NCBI RefSeq assembly: GCF_006345805.1
Contig: NC_042998.1
Coordinates: forward strand, 157,170,001-157,234,000
DNA length: 64,000 bases
Source: Octopus sinensis
Taxonomy: Eukaryota
Reading direction: 5' to 3'
Positions 27,946-39,964 of this stretch are shown piece by piece. How positions within the stretch are numbered: the stretch's first letter is position 1; every line of letters begins with the position of its first letter. The notes under the pieces are model-generated. The model saw nothing but the letters and a program-made list of their open reading frames with translations. It made no database searches and was not told the DNA's origin. The translations under genes and the position numbers were made by a program.

Positions 27946-28720
27946 GCTCTTTTTGAGATTGTCCCAATTGCACCGATTACAATAGGTACAAGACTCGCTT
28001 TTGAGGCTCTATGGATTCTTTTGACTTCGTATAATCTTAAGTTTTGGTACTTTCCGACTTTCTCGTTATTTATCTTAACAATATTTCGGTCTGCATGTGT
28101 AACTACATCGATACTTGTCCATTCTTTGAACTCCTTCAGTAGGGGAGTGGTATCTAATCGATTATGTTGCAGTGTTTTGTCTATATATACTGGAATATCT
28201 CATGTGGTCTCACCCGATCAGTCTCCGTTACTGGCAAAGGCTGGTACTCATACCACTTGTTGTATTCGCACTGTTACTTTGTCATGGTGTTTTTTGTATT
28301 CCTTTTGGACTAGTTTTGAATATCTATATGTCTAACTATCTCAGATGATTCTCCACATATTCTACACAAAGGTGATGCTGCTGTCTTAGCAATACTACAG
28401 TTGATTGAGTTAATACGAAAAGCTTGTTCGTGAACAGTAAGAATCAGTCCTTCCATTCTTTTCTGAAAAATACCTTATCTTAACTATCTCCAGGATTTTT
28501 ATTTTAAAAACCCTCCGTGTACGACTTTCCCTTTCCGGTTGATGATCTTTTCTCTATTAGTCTTCATATTGCACTCCTGGAGGGTCTCCCTATTGTTGTT
28601 GATCAACTTCTCATTCAATGCAGCCTGCAACATTCATCACTATTCCTCAGATGGGAACGCAAACACTTGATCCTAACACTATCTTCTATTCCAACCAGGG
28701 AATTGCAAAATCTATGATCT
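27940..28720 (-). mobile_element. R4/Dong-like RLE LINE 3' fragment, decayed
   Basis: Manual translation of the minus strand gives EGLILTVHEQA, PLCRICGE, KEYKKHHDKV, WYEYQP, EKVGKYQNL, VPIVIGAIGTI. Confidence 0.75.
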
Positions 28721-30158
28721 TATTCTGTTTCTTTAGTCTTCAACAATCACTCCATTATATGTAAACTCCCCCACTTTATGTCTGTCTTTGTATTGTCCCT
28801 CTCATCCTTCGCCCTGGTAACAAATACAAGAAATCATCATCATCATCATCATCATCACCATCATCATCATAATCATCGTCATCATCACCATCGCCGTCGT
28901 CGCCGTCATCATCATCATCATCATCGTCGTCGTCGTCATCGTTGTTATTAAGATTCCTTGTTTGACTTATAAGATTTGATTTCACTAATAAATTAGATGA
29001 GACTAAACAAATGTTATAAGTCAAATGAAATACGCTGCGTTTATTTTATCGTTATTACAAGAAGAGAGGAGAGTTATATTTATATCCTGCAATTATAGCC
29101 AGAAATATTGTTAAAACTCAGACACAGTATGTCAGCACCACACTTAACAGAAATTAAAAACTAGCGTTAAGAAACTAAGCTAAGAAATATAAAAGAAAAT
29201 AAATTATAGAAAAGAGAAAACTGGTGAACATTTGTATCTTAATGTAAGTCATATAACAAACAGTTAAACATTATGCGAAGTAATTAGCAAGCTCAACTAC
29301 CATACTGACGGCAAAATCACAACCCGTTGTATAATAACAATCTCAAATAACATTAGGTAAACTTTGTAATTCGACGAAACTTCAAAAATACTCACACTGA
29401 ACTGGTAGACACTGCACTCTTAGTTCAAGTCCCGTCGAGATCATTTTTGGTTGATACATAATATTAACCCAAAGCGGTGGACTAGGGGAATTGTAAGTAT
29501 GATGGACAGGATGCTTTGCCTTGCGACACTTGTTCCGACTCTTTGCGTTCTGAGTTCTAATTCTGCTATAGCCTACTTTGGTGGGAGAGATTTAACCAGC
29601 TGTTCGTTTTAACACCACGACCTGGTTACATTAGTGACTTTAGCGGAGTCCACTCTGTTGCAAACCTTCGGGATATGTTTTCCGTATGAAAATATTGCAT
29701 TTCCTTTCTCCCTCGTTCATCTAGAGTTGAAAAATTCAGTAATAGCCACTGCCTTCCCTTTTGACTAAAAGAAGAAAAAAGACAGCATTATAAATCATCT
29801 AACGAAAAATCAGTCATTATACCACTACAAAGACAGGAACTCAAAACGAAAAATGCGCTCATTCCACATACTCCACGATTTTGACTCCTTCATCCATCAG
29901 GAGCCCTAAACTCTGGAGGACAATTTTAAGATCACCAATGCCTGTTAAAATCACAAATACACACTTGAAACATCTAAGACCTAAGTAAATCAATTCATTC
30001 CTCAATACGTAGAACCACACTTATCACAAGCCAACAACTAACTAGAAATAAAATGAACTGTATTTTCTTGGAAAAGATGAAGTGGATTGGCCTCTCTGTA
30101 CATAGGCAAAAGACGAGATGGTCACGACAATATACATTTGGTTATAGATACGCTAGAC

Positions 30159-30701
30159 CAAAGGTTCTGAACCCAGTTTGGCCAAAGGCCCCCTTTTGAC
30201 CCTTGGCGTCACAAATGGCTCCTCTAGAAAATATTTATATTTTTCAGTATACTACTTACTTTGATGTCAGCAGATAATGATTAAAAAATAAAGGACGTCG
30301 CATTACATATGCGCTTGTTTGCAGTCGGGAGAACAGATGTACAAATTGAAATGCAAAAAAAAGAAAAAAAAACGAAATAAGGAATTGAAAGTTTGATAAT
30401 TGCATTTATTTCCACCACACGACACTTACAAGATCAATGTGTTGTCTATCAAAAAAGTGCTCTTTGATGCAAGTAAATGCCGATAAAATCATTTCAAACC
30501 TTTCCGATTTCCCTTATTAAAACAGCTAGAACTTATGCAACAATCTGACATATAAGTTATTGTCAACCAGGAAGAGGATTAAAAATTGCTTAAGAAAGAT
30601 AGAAATTGTTGAAATACATATGTACTTCGTATGAGTAGCAAATTGTTGAGATGTTCACTGTACTTGGATCTAGTTTCACTGTACTTGGATCAGAACCCTT
30701 T
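30159..30701. mobile_element. Possible hAT-type MITE
   Basis: Imperfect terminal inverted repeats caaaggttctgaac / gatcagaacccttt; no 8-bp target-site duplication recognisable. Confidence 0.3.
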
Positions 30702-32332
30702 TAAAAATAACGTAAAAAATTTTGAAAATTTGTCATATTAGAGATTCATTTCTTATTCAGGATCTAGTTTGTTTCATTCACAAAATCTGCATTGTTTAAA
30801 AAGAAGTAAAACATCTGACAATTCGTTATACTGATGCAGTTTTCCAAGCTTGTTCCTATGAAGCCATGAACTTCTGGAGAAAAACTTTGATACACACACA
30901 TTTTTTTATCAATTCGTGGTTTTGAAATATGGACAGTCCAAATCAAAATTGTGTAAATATGTGTGCCAGAAACAGTAGTTAAAAATTAAGGAAATAGATT
31001 TTTGGGAGATCTCTTATTATGACTGACTTTTATTCTAATATTCTAATATCTTCTGAAACAAAATACATATATATGTATAAATGCATACAGAAAAATACAA
31101 ATATATATACACACAAACATATACATTTTTACAGAGTTTTATATTCATCCTTGTATATATATGTGAATATTTCGGCATATCTACACAATTGTGCACAAAG
31201 ATTTGCTTCTTCATAAAAATAAATATTTTTTATTGAAATTTTCTGCGAATATGTTATATCATTCCGAATATAGAATTTTTTTTTGGGGGGGGGGGGGTGT
31301 TTTAGGAGGGACTTGGGGGGGATTTCGGAAAATTCACCGGAGTCTACTTCAATTCATCTGAACTTTCAAGAAAATGGATATTTTTTTATGAAATTCTCTA
31401 CAACTATACCTCGGACTATGTAGATTCCGAGGACATAGGAATTTTGGGGGAAAACAAACGGGGGTTATTTTTGAGATCCGTTCCCCACTCGGGGTATTTC
31501 GGAACAAGTCGTCCATGTTTGTTTCTAACAAAAAATATAGAAAGAGAAAGTAAAAGTTCTGTTTCCCAAAAGCCAAAAGATGTTTTTTCAGCTGAGGTGT
31601 AAATTTATAATTAAAACAAATTCAAAATTTAAATTTCAGAACATAAAACTTACCACGTTATCTTGTGTATGGTTGCAGTTCAAATGGGTTGAAAACCTAA
31701 AACAAATGTGTGTGCGCGTGTGTGGTTGGGTCTTTAATTACCAGGGGTCAGTTTAAGTTCAGTCGCAGAAAGGATTTCAAAATGGCAACACACGCAATCA
31801 TACAAACATACCCATACATACACACATATACACAAATACATAACCCTAACCACTCCCAAAAGCCAGTGTGTTCGTTCCAAAATTTTGACCACCATTCTTT
31901 ATATATTTGCACGCAAACACACACATACACACTCATTCAGCTTTTCGCTTTTATTCATTCCTTTTTTCTTTTAGTCGTCTAGTTTTTTTTTAGTTTTTGC
32001 TTTTGTTTTGAGGGTTTCTCTTTAGCGACACCAGGAATTAGCTTGGTGTCGTTTAAGTCGAAAAAGTGTTAAGTTTTTGAAAATTTGAAATGGAAAGACA
32101 TGATTTTTTAAAACTGACTGTCACATAGATGTGAAGATATGGCCACTACTCGTTAATTTCAAATTAAACTTACCAAAGTTGAGGGTTTCTCAGGGCCCCA
32201 CTAGCGCCCCAAAGTCTTTTAATACCCCTAGCGCCCTTTTTCTCCAAAACGCCCCCACCGAGCTCCAAATGGCTCCCCGTTGAGAACCTTTGCGCTTGAT
32301 CAAAACCGACCTGCTGTAGATAATATGAATAG

Positions 32333-32393
<61 letters not shown>

Positions 32394-33009
32394 ATATTCA
32401 AAATATTGAAAGTGAGCCAAATCGTTAACATGAATCAGATTAACATGAATCACACAGTTCCATCAACGCACACTGAAAAATGTTTAGAATATTCACTTAC
32501 TGAACCACACATAACTATCCAAATAACAATTCCGAATCAAACCCTGAGAACGAAACTATTGCATGATGGTGCAAACACCAATAAAATCAAGTGCACCATT
32601 TCAACATAGGCCACAGTAAAGCTGTCTACTCCACTATCTGCTATCCAGTTTTACATAAAACACTAAACTCTACCGTAGGAAACAGCACAGATCATTGGCT
32701 AAACTGTATGTTAGGGTACGAAGCATATGTTGTGTAATAAACAACATTTGCAGAATTTGAAATTTTCCGAATGATGTTCCAAATATGTCAAAGATAGTCA
32801 GCCAGCCAGCCAGCCAGCTAACCAACCAACCAACCAATCAGACAGTTAGCCAGTCAAGTAGCTAGTCAACCAGCCAATCAACCAATCAGCCATGCGGATA
32901 AAATGTTTTAGAATATTTAAATATTTCCTACCTTCTTTTCAGATTCTGTATGTCTTAAACAATTTTGCAATTCTGATGTAAATGAAATAAGTATCAGTAA
33001 TATATTCAT

Positions 33010-33097
<88 letters not shown>

Positions 33098-33098
33098 A

Positions 33099-33131
<33 letters not shown>

Positions 33132-33134
33132 AAA

Positions 33135-33177
<43 letters not shown>

Positions 33178-33340
33178 CCAACCAACCAGCCAGCCAGCCA
33201 GCCAGCCAACCAACCAACCACCAACCAACCAACCAACCAACCAACCAACCAACCAACCAACCAACCAACCAACCAACCAACCAGCCAGCCAACCAGCCAA
33301 CCAACCAACCAACCAACTCGCCAGTCAGCCAACCAGCCGT
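33010..33340. repeat. (CAGC)n/(CAAC)n tetranucleotide microsatellite
   Basis: Seen directly; explains the WLAG/SQPA ORFs. Confidence 0.95.
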
Positions 33341-33496
33341 TTCTTTCAACAAATATAAATATACCATTTACTACAGAAGACAAAAATATTTGTGTCACAC
33401 GATGGCGCTTTCTATAGCGTAACATAGTTATTTTTAGTCCAGCCAGTTGCGGCATCCTTTTCAGAACTTAGATCAGGTTTAAGTCCAATGATATAT

Positions 33497-34597
33497 TTTT
33501 CTTCTCTAGGCAAAACGCTGGAGATTTGTGGATTAGATCAATGCCAAGTATGCACCTTGTACTTAATTTATCGACCCCGAAAAGATGACAGGCAAAGTCG
33601 ACCTCGGTGGAATTTGAATTCAGAACTGACGAAATACCGCTAAACATTTCGCCCGGCTAACGTTTCTTTATTGCCCACAAGGGGCTAAACATAGAGAGGA
33701 CAGACAAATGGATTAAGTCGATCACATCGACCCCAGTGCGTAACTGGTACTTAATTTATCGACCCCGAAAGGATGAAAGGCAAAGTCGACCTCGGCGGAA
33801 TTTGAACTCAGTATTTCTTTACTACCCACATGTCAGAGGACAAACAAGGACACAGAGAGGACAAACAAGGACAAACGAGGATTGATTTTGCCTCTCATAG
33901 CTTCGGAGTCGATGAAATACGTACCAGTTGAGACTAGGGGGCGATGTAATTGATTTACCACTACCCCAGAAATTGCTGGCTTTTTGCAAAAACTTTGAAA
34001 CCAGTATTACAGTCTACGTGAGGGTGGCAGAATAGATAAAATGACCTCACGCTAATGTAATGGTCTCGTAGTAGACGATTTTGGACTTATTTCTGAATTT
34101 ATTTTCCATCTTTGTCTTTCATCACTTTGTAATGAATAAAGTAGCTAATTATCCGCAGGGAATTAACTTAGCACAATTCCAAATAAAATTTTAAAATATT
34201 ATTTTCTACTCTAGGCACAGGACTCGAAATTTTGGGGGAGGGGCCAGTCGATTAGATCTACCCCAGTATGCGACTGGTACTTAATTTATCGACCCCAAAA
34301 GGATGAAAGGCGAAGTTGACCTCGGTGGAATTTGAACTCAGAACGTAAAGACAGACGAAATACTTATTTCTTTACTACCCACAAGGGGCTAAACACAGAG
34401 GGGACAAACAAGGACAGACAAACGAATGAAGTTGATTACATCGACCCCAGTGCGTAACTGGTACTTAATTTATCGACCCCGAAAGGATGAAAGGCAAAGT
34501 CGACCTCGGCGGAATTTGAACTCAGAACGTAACGGCAGACGAAAAACCGCTAAGCATTTCGCCCGGCGTGCTAACGTTTCTGTGAGCTCGCCGCCTT
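33497..34597 (-). mobile_element. Cluster of family-B SINE copies and multimers
   Basis: Four repeats of the core gtacttaatttatcgacccc..aggcaaagtcgacctcgg..ggaatttgaa; intact head at about 34545-34597; a plus-strand fragment at about 33890-34010. Confidence 0.88.
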
Positions 34598-36095
34598 TAA
34601 GTCTAATGGCATTGGTTCCTTGGTAAGGCTGAAAAGTCAACTATCAACAGTTTCTCGAATTATACATTCGGCCTAAGATTCATCCCCGCCATTAGGTGCA
34701 ACACCTTTTCTACTTTATTGTAAGTAGTACATTTTGTCAGGACTAATTAGGCTGTGGATAATTCAAAATAATTCACTCTCTCACATACCACTAGAATTAT
34801 TTTTGTCACAACTACCGTCATAACCCTCTTCACCACTCCACTACCACTCCACTACCACTTCTAGCTCCATCATCATAAGCCCATCGACATCACCCTCATC
34901 TACACCTTTATACAAACCACCACCATCACCACCATAACCACTATTGTTATTGATATATTTGCAATTATTCCACCATGCAAAACTTGATAAAAATGAAAAT
35001 TGTAAATAGAGTATGTCTTGTGAATGGAACAATGGGGTGGTGTGGAGGCTTAATGACGTGTGGGGGTGATAAGTGGATCGACGAAGCAAAACTGAGATGT
35101 ATGAATCCACGTTATTTTTAGACATTTACTTTCCTGTCTTTTTTCTCACGCTGTTTACCTTCTCATTCTTCACTTGCTTCTTCTTCGCTCAAGTCTTTTT
35201 TTTATTACTACCCACAGTAATTAATAGACAGCTTTGTTGCTATCCCTCTGATAATGTTAGTGATTAAAATACCATTAACGAAAAACGCATGTATCCCTTT
35301 GTCTCTGCGTATGTTTGTTTGTGTGTGTATGTGTGTGTGTATGTGTGTGTGTATGCGTATGTGTGTATGTGTGTTCGCGCGCACGCGCACAACATTTGTC
35401 TTTTAGTTTATGGGAGTATGTACGTTGTAGGTGAGATGATGCCTAAGGACGGATGAAGCCTACGCGGAGACTGCTTAGCAAGCGTCTCCCAGCTAAATGG
35501 ATCGCGTATGGACTTCAACCGTCTTTCATCAGTGAACAGAATACTTCCTGTCAGATCAGTCTGTCTGTCTGTCTGTCTATCTGTCTGTCTGTCTATCTGT
35601 CTGTCTGTCTCTGTCTTTCTCTGTCCACCGTTTGGCCCTTGGGTGGATCCATACCAAATTTTGTTGTTAAAATCTTTGTACAATAAGCTGGTTGTATTTC
35701 TACAAGACAAAATATTTATACAACTTTTTATACAATTCCTAATGATAGTCATAAAAATATAATAGAAGTTTTTAGACATTGAATGGCTAAGAGGGTCCTA
35801 CACCTGAGTGAAATAGGAATCAAAGGAGTCCATAGGCTATAGTTGAAGTGTCACTGTGCTAGTATAGGCAACGACGTATGACTGTCAAAAAAAAAAAAAA
35901 GAAAAAAAAAAGAAAGAAAAAGAAGAAAAAAAAGTGATGTCCACTTTCGAATTTCTTTTGGGACAATACTCGTATTTAAAAATCAAACATGAGGGGAAAA
36001 AATGTTTACTGCAATGTTTCTCAACCCATGCCCTACCACGGTTTCCCAAACGAAACAAAGGAAAAAAACCTAGCCCCTACCATCATGAGTTAACA

Positions 36096-36182
<87 letters not shown>

Positions 36183-36436
36183 TCATTTATCTATCTTTTA
36201 AAATAGTGTCAAATACTTATAGCATGCAAATTAGTTGCACTAATTCTCCGAAACTATTGGATTGACTACTTACTTTTCAAAGATTGGTCAAGTGAAGCAG
36301 ACACCTCCGAAGTGAATCCAATAATGCTCGAAATCGTTTAAAGCTGTTCAACAGTCAAGGTTTCAGTTTGACTGTAGGTGACGTCTGAATACTTGTAATT
36401 AGAACTTCAAGTAATTAGAAATACTTAAAATTCTCA

Positions 36437-36800
36437 TTTACTCTTTACTCTTTTACTTGTTTCAGTCATTTGACTGCAGCCATGCTGGAGCATCGCCTTT
36501 AGTCGAGCAACTCGACACCGGGACTTATTCTTTTGTAAGCCCAGTATTTATTCTATCAGTCTCTTTTGCCGAACCGCTAAGTAACGGGGACATAAACACA
36601 CCAGCATTGGTTGTCAATCAATGCTAGGGGGACAAACACAGACACACAAACACACACACGCATATATATATATATATATATGTGTGCTTAGCAAAAGAAA
36701 CCGATATGATAAGTACAGATCTTAAGGAAAAAAAAAAACCTGCGGCGCTCCAGCATGGCTACAGTCATTTGACTGTAACAAATAAAAGAATAAAAGAATG
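36437..36800. mobile_element. Two partial family-A SINE 3' ends in opposite orientation
   Basis: Minus-strand tail 36437-36660; plus-strand tail about 36700-36799. Confidence 0.8.
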
Positions 36801-36849
36801 TGTATTCACGTTTAAATGCACATAGATGCATATAGCACACATACACACA

Positions 36850-36885
<36 letters not shown>

Positions 36886-36896
36886 CACATGAACGA

Positions 36897-37122
36897 TTGC
36901 AGCGTGGAAGTTGTTTATAAGCTATTTAAATAACACACAAAAACAATTAGATTCACTTCAACATTTCAATTTAATTTGCCAAAATATTAAAGTTCCGTGC
37001 TGCACAGAATTTTGTCAGTGAAAGCAATGAAAATATTTTGGTAAATTAAATTTAAATGTTGAAGTGAATCTAATTGTTTTTGTGTGATTTTGAATAGCTT
37101 ATAAATACCTTTCACACTGCAA
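36897..37122. repeat. Imperfect inverted repeat, ~90-bp arms (36897-36988 / 37032-37122)
   Basis: aaacaattagattcacttcaacattt is complementary to aaatgttgaagtgaatctaattgttt; likely a fold-back of a repeat end. Confidence 0.8.
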
Positions 37123-37244
37123 TGCAATTGCTTTTGTTTCAGCACACGATCTCAGATCAGGTCACTTGCTATGCAAGTACATCTCCGTAATATATATATA
37201 TATATATTAATATATATATATTAATATATATATATATATATTAT

Positions 37245-37296
<52 letters not shown>

Positions 37297-37528
37297 ATAT
37301 ATATATTAATATATATATATATATATATACTTACATATAGTTAATCCAAACAAGAAAACACAGAAAAAAACACAGCAACGTGGAACAATTAAAGTATTAT
37401 TTGACGCTCAGGAAAGATATATATATATATATATGTACATACTAATGTAGGATAAATTTTTTTTTCGAAAAATTTTTTTATCAATAGCCAGCATATTAAA
37501 AAATACCTTTAATGGTTAAATTTATAAA

Positions 37529-37650
37529 TAACTTATTAAATAAGGGCAAAATAAAAATTCTAATGCCAAATATGCAGAAAATAGACAATTTTGTCTATTT
37601 TCGCCATATTTGGCATTAGATTTTTTCTTTAGCCCTTATTTTATAAGTTA
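37529..37650. repeat. Imperfect palindrome, ~60-bp arms
   Basis: ctaatgccaaatatg..gaaaatagacaa-tt-ttgtctattttc..catatttggcattag. Confidence 0.8.
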
Positions 37651-37663
37651 TATATGTACATAT

Positions 37664-38003
37664 AGGCGTAGGAGTAGCTGTGTGGTAAGTAGCTTGCTTA
37701 CCAACCACATGGTTCTGGGTTCAGTCCCACTGGGCAAGTGTCTTCTACTATAGCCTCGGGCCGACCAAAGCCTTGTGAGTGGATTTGGCAGACGGAAACT
37801 GAAAGAAGCCCGTCGTATATATGTATATATATGTGTGTGTCTGTGTTTACGTCTCCGTAACTTAGCGGTTCGGCAAAAGAGACCGATAGAATAAGTACTA
37901 GGCTTACAAAGAATAAGTCCTGGGGTCGATTTGCTCGACTAAAAGGCGGTGCTCCAGCATGGCCACAGTCAAATGACTGAAACAAGTAAAGGAGTAAAAG
38001 AGT
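37664..38003 (+). mobile_element. tRNA-derived SINE, family A
   Basis: A-box-like tagctgtgtggtaag, B-box-like gggttcagtccc, body and gagtaaa tail. Confidence 0.9.
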
Positions 38004-38901
38004 AAATATATATTTTATATGTATGGGTGTGTGGATTTGTCTTTACCCTTCTTCCCCACTTGACAACCGGTGTTGCTTTGTTTATGTCCTTATATGTTTG
38101 CGGTTCGGTATAAGAACCCGACAGAATACGTATCAGACTTACAAATAAATCTCAGCTTAGCAGCAGTCTCATGCCTGTAAGAAGGGAAAGATAAAGGAAA
38201 TTTAGCAACTGCACGCGTTCAGCAACATGTGGTCCATGGGAAGTAACTTTTAAATATATATATTTTGATTTACTTCCCTTGAAAAGTATTTCTATGCTTT
38301 TGTCTTCTCATCCAAGTCAAAGTTAATAGGACATAATTATGAGCAAACATTCTATAGGTAAGCGTCCCATCCTATTTTCATACATAGTGTATCTAGGAAT
38401 ACATTACATGTCCTTTAGGAGTTTAGAAAAAGGTTTGTTTGATAAGCGGTTCCCTCATTGGCTCATAGATAAAATTAAATAAATATTAGTGGGGTTGGTA
38501 TTGATAATGTTGTTACTTAACGCGACGCGTAGCTTACTTCAGCAGACATATGACCAATAGAGTTTTAGTCTAGATCACCAAGTAACTATATTACTTTTGT
38601 ATAGTAAGCTGATGGTGTGAGTGTGTGTGTGGGGACAATGAAAAGGTTTTACTACATTTTTGACTTCCAGAAAAAAGAAAAAAAAGAGAGTTATTTATAA
38701 ATGTTCACCACCTTACAAAGACTATATTATCCAGTTAAATGGTCTTCCCTAAATGCTCTAAATAATGATGTCAAATGGTCTTCCCTAAATGCTCTAACAT
38801 AATCTGAACATCATTTCAGAAAATTATCGCCGTTCTCTTTGAGCATATAAAAGACAAATTTGATCGGGGCAAAATGAGTAAGCCAAGATAAGGTAAATTT
38901 G

Positions 38902-39300
38902 ACTCTTTACTCTTTTACTCATCTACTTGTTTCAGTCATTTGACTGCGGCCATGCTGGAGCACCGCATTTAGTCGACCAAATCGACCCCAGGACTTATTC
39001 TTTGTAAGCCTAGTTCTTATTCTATCGGTCTCTTATTGCCGAACCGCTAATCTACGGGGACTTAAACACACCAGCATCGGTTGTCAAGCGATGTTGGGGT
39101 GGGGGGACAAGCACAGACACACAAACATAGACACACACATACATATATATATATGCATATATAAGACGAGCTTCTTTCAATTTCCGTCTACCAAATCCAC
39201 TCACAAGGCTTTGGTCGGCCCGAGGCTATAGTAGAAGATACTTGCCCAAGGTGCTACGCAGTGGGACTGAACCCGGAACCACAGAGCCACTCCTGCGCCT
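38902..39300 (-). mobile_element. tRNA-derived SINE, family A, with a deletion in the head
   Basis: Matches 37664-38003 on the opposite strand. Confidence 0.88.
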
Positions 39301-39617
39301 TCACTCTTCTTCAGAATTACATTTGAAAATAGACTCATACACGTCAATATCCATCCTTATACATCAGAAAAATAAAAAAATGAAACAAAGATTTAAAATA
39401 TTTCGGTCAGAAGAAAAAAGATTATGGAAAAATGTCATATGAAAATAACGAAACTCGACTAAAAAAAAAAAAGTGCTTAAAATATTCTCTAACTTCTTTG
39501 CATGTTTTTCTAGTTTGTAAGTGTTATACTAATGTTCTCTAATGCAAAAACATGAAATTGAAAGAAGCGTAATATTATTTTTCAATGTAAAACATTGAAG
39601 TTACACAATATAAACAC

Positions 39618-39702
<85 letters not shown>

Positions 39703-39709
39703 CACGCAC

Positions 39710-39767
<58 letters not shown>

Positions 39768-39899
39768 TTCATCAAAGGATGTTCTCCAAAATTGAATGTT
39801 TAAAGGTAAAGCGGAGAATTTGCCCTTTTTATTCTAAATGTAGCTCATCTCCACAAATGTTCAGGTATATATACATTTAGCATTGGGATGCTCTAGCTT

Positions 39900-39962
<63 letters not shown>

Positions 39963-39964
39963 AT

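Noticed and set aside
32170-32320. Gly-rich minus-strand stretch with a GTAAGT donor, suggesting a collagen exon
   Set aside because: The Gly-X-Y register is not maintained, and the ends resemble a small hAT-like MITE (caaaggttctcaac..ctgagaaaccc).
32917-33455. WLAG/SQPA-repeat ORFs resembling repetitive structural proteins
   Set aside because: They arise from a (CAGC/CAAC)n tract that is open in several frames on both strands.
35420-35800. Possible RTE C-terminal remnant split by a (TCTG)n tract
   Set aside because: Similarity is too weak by eye to list as a feature.
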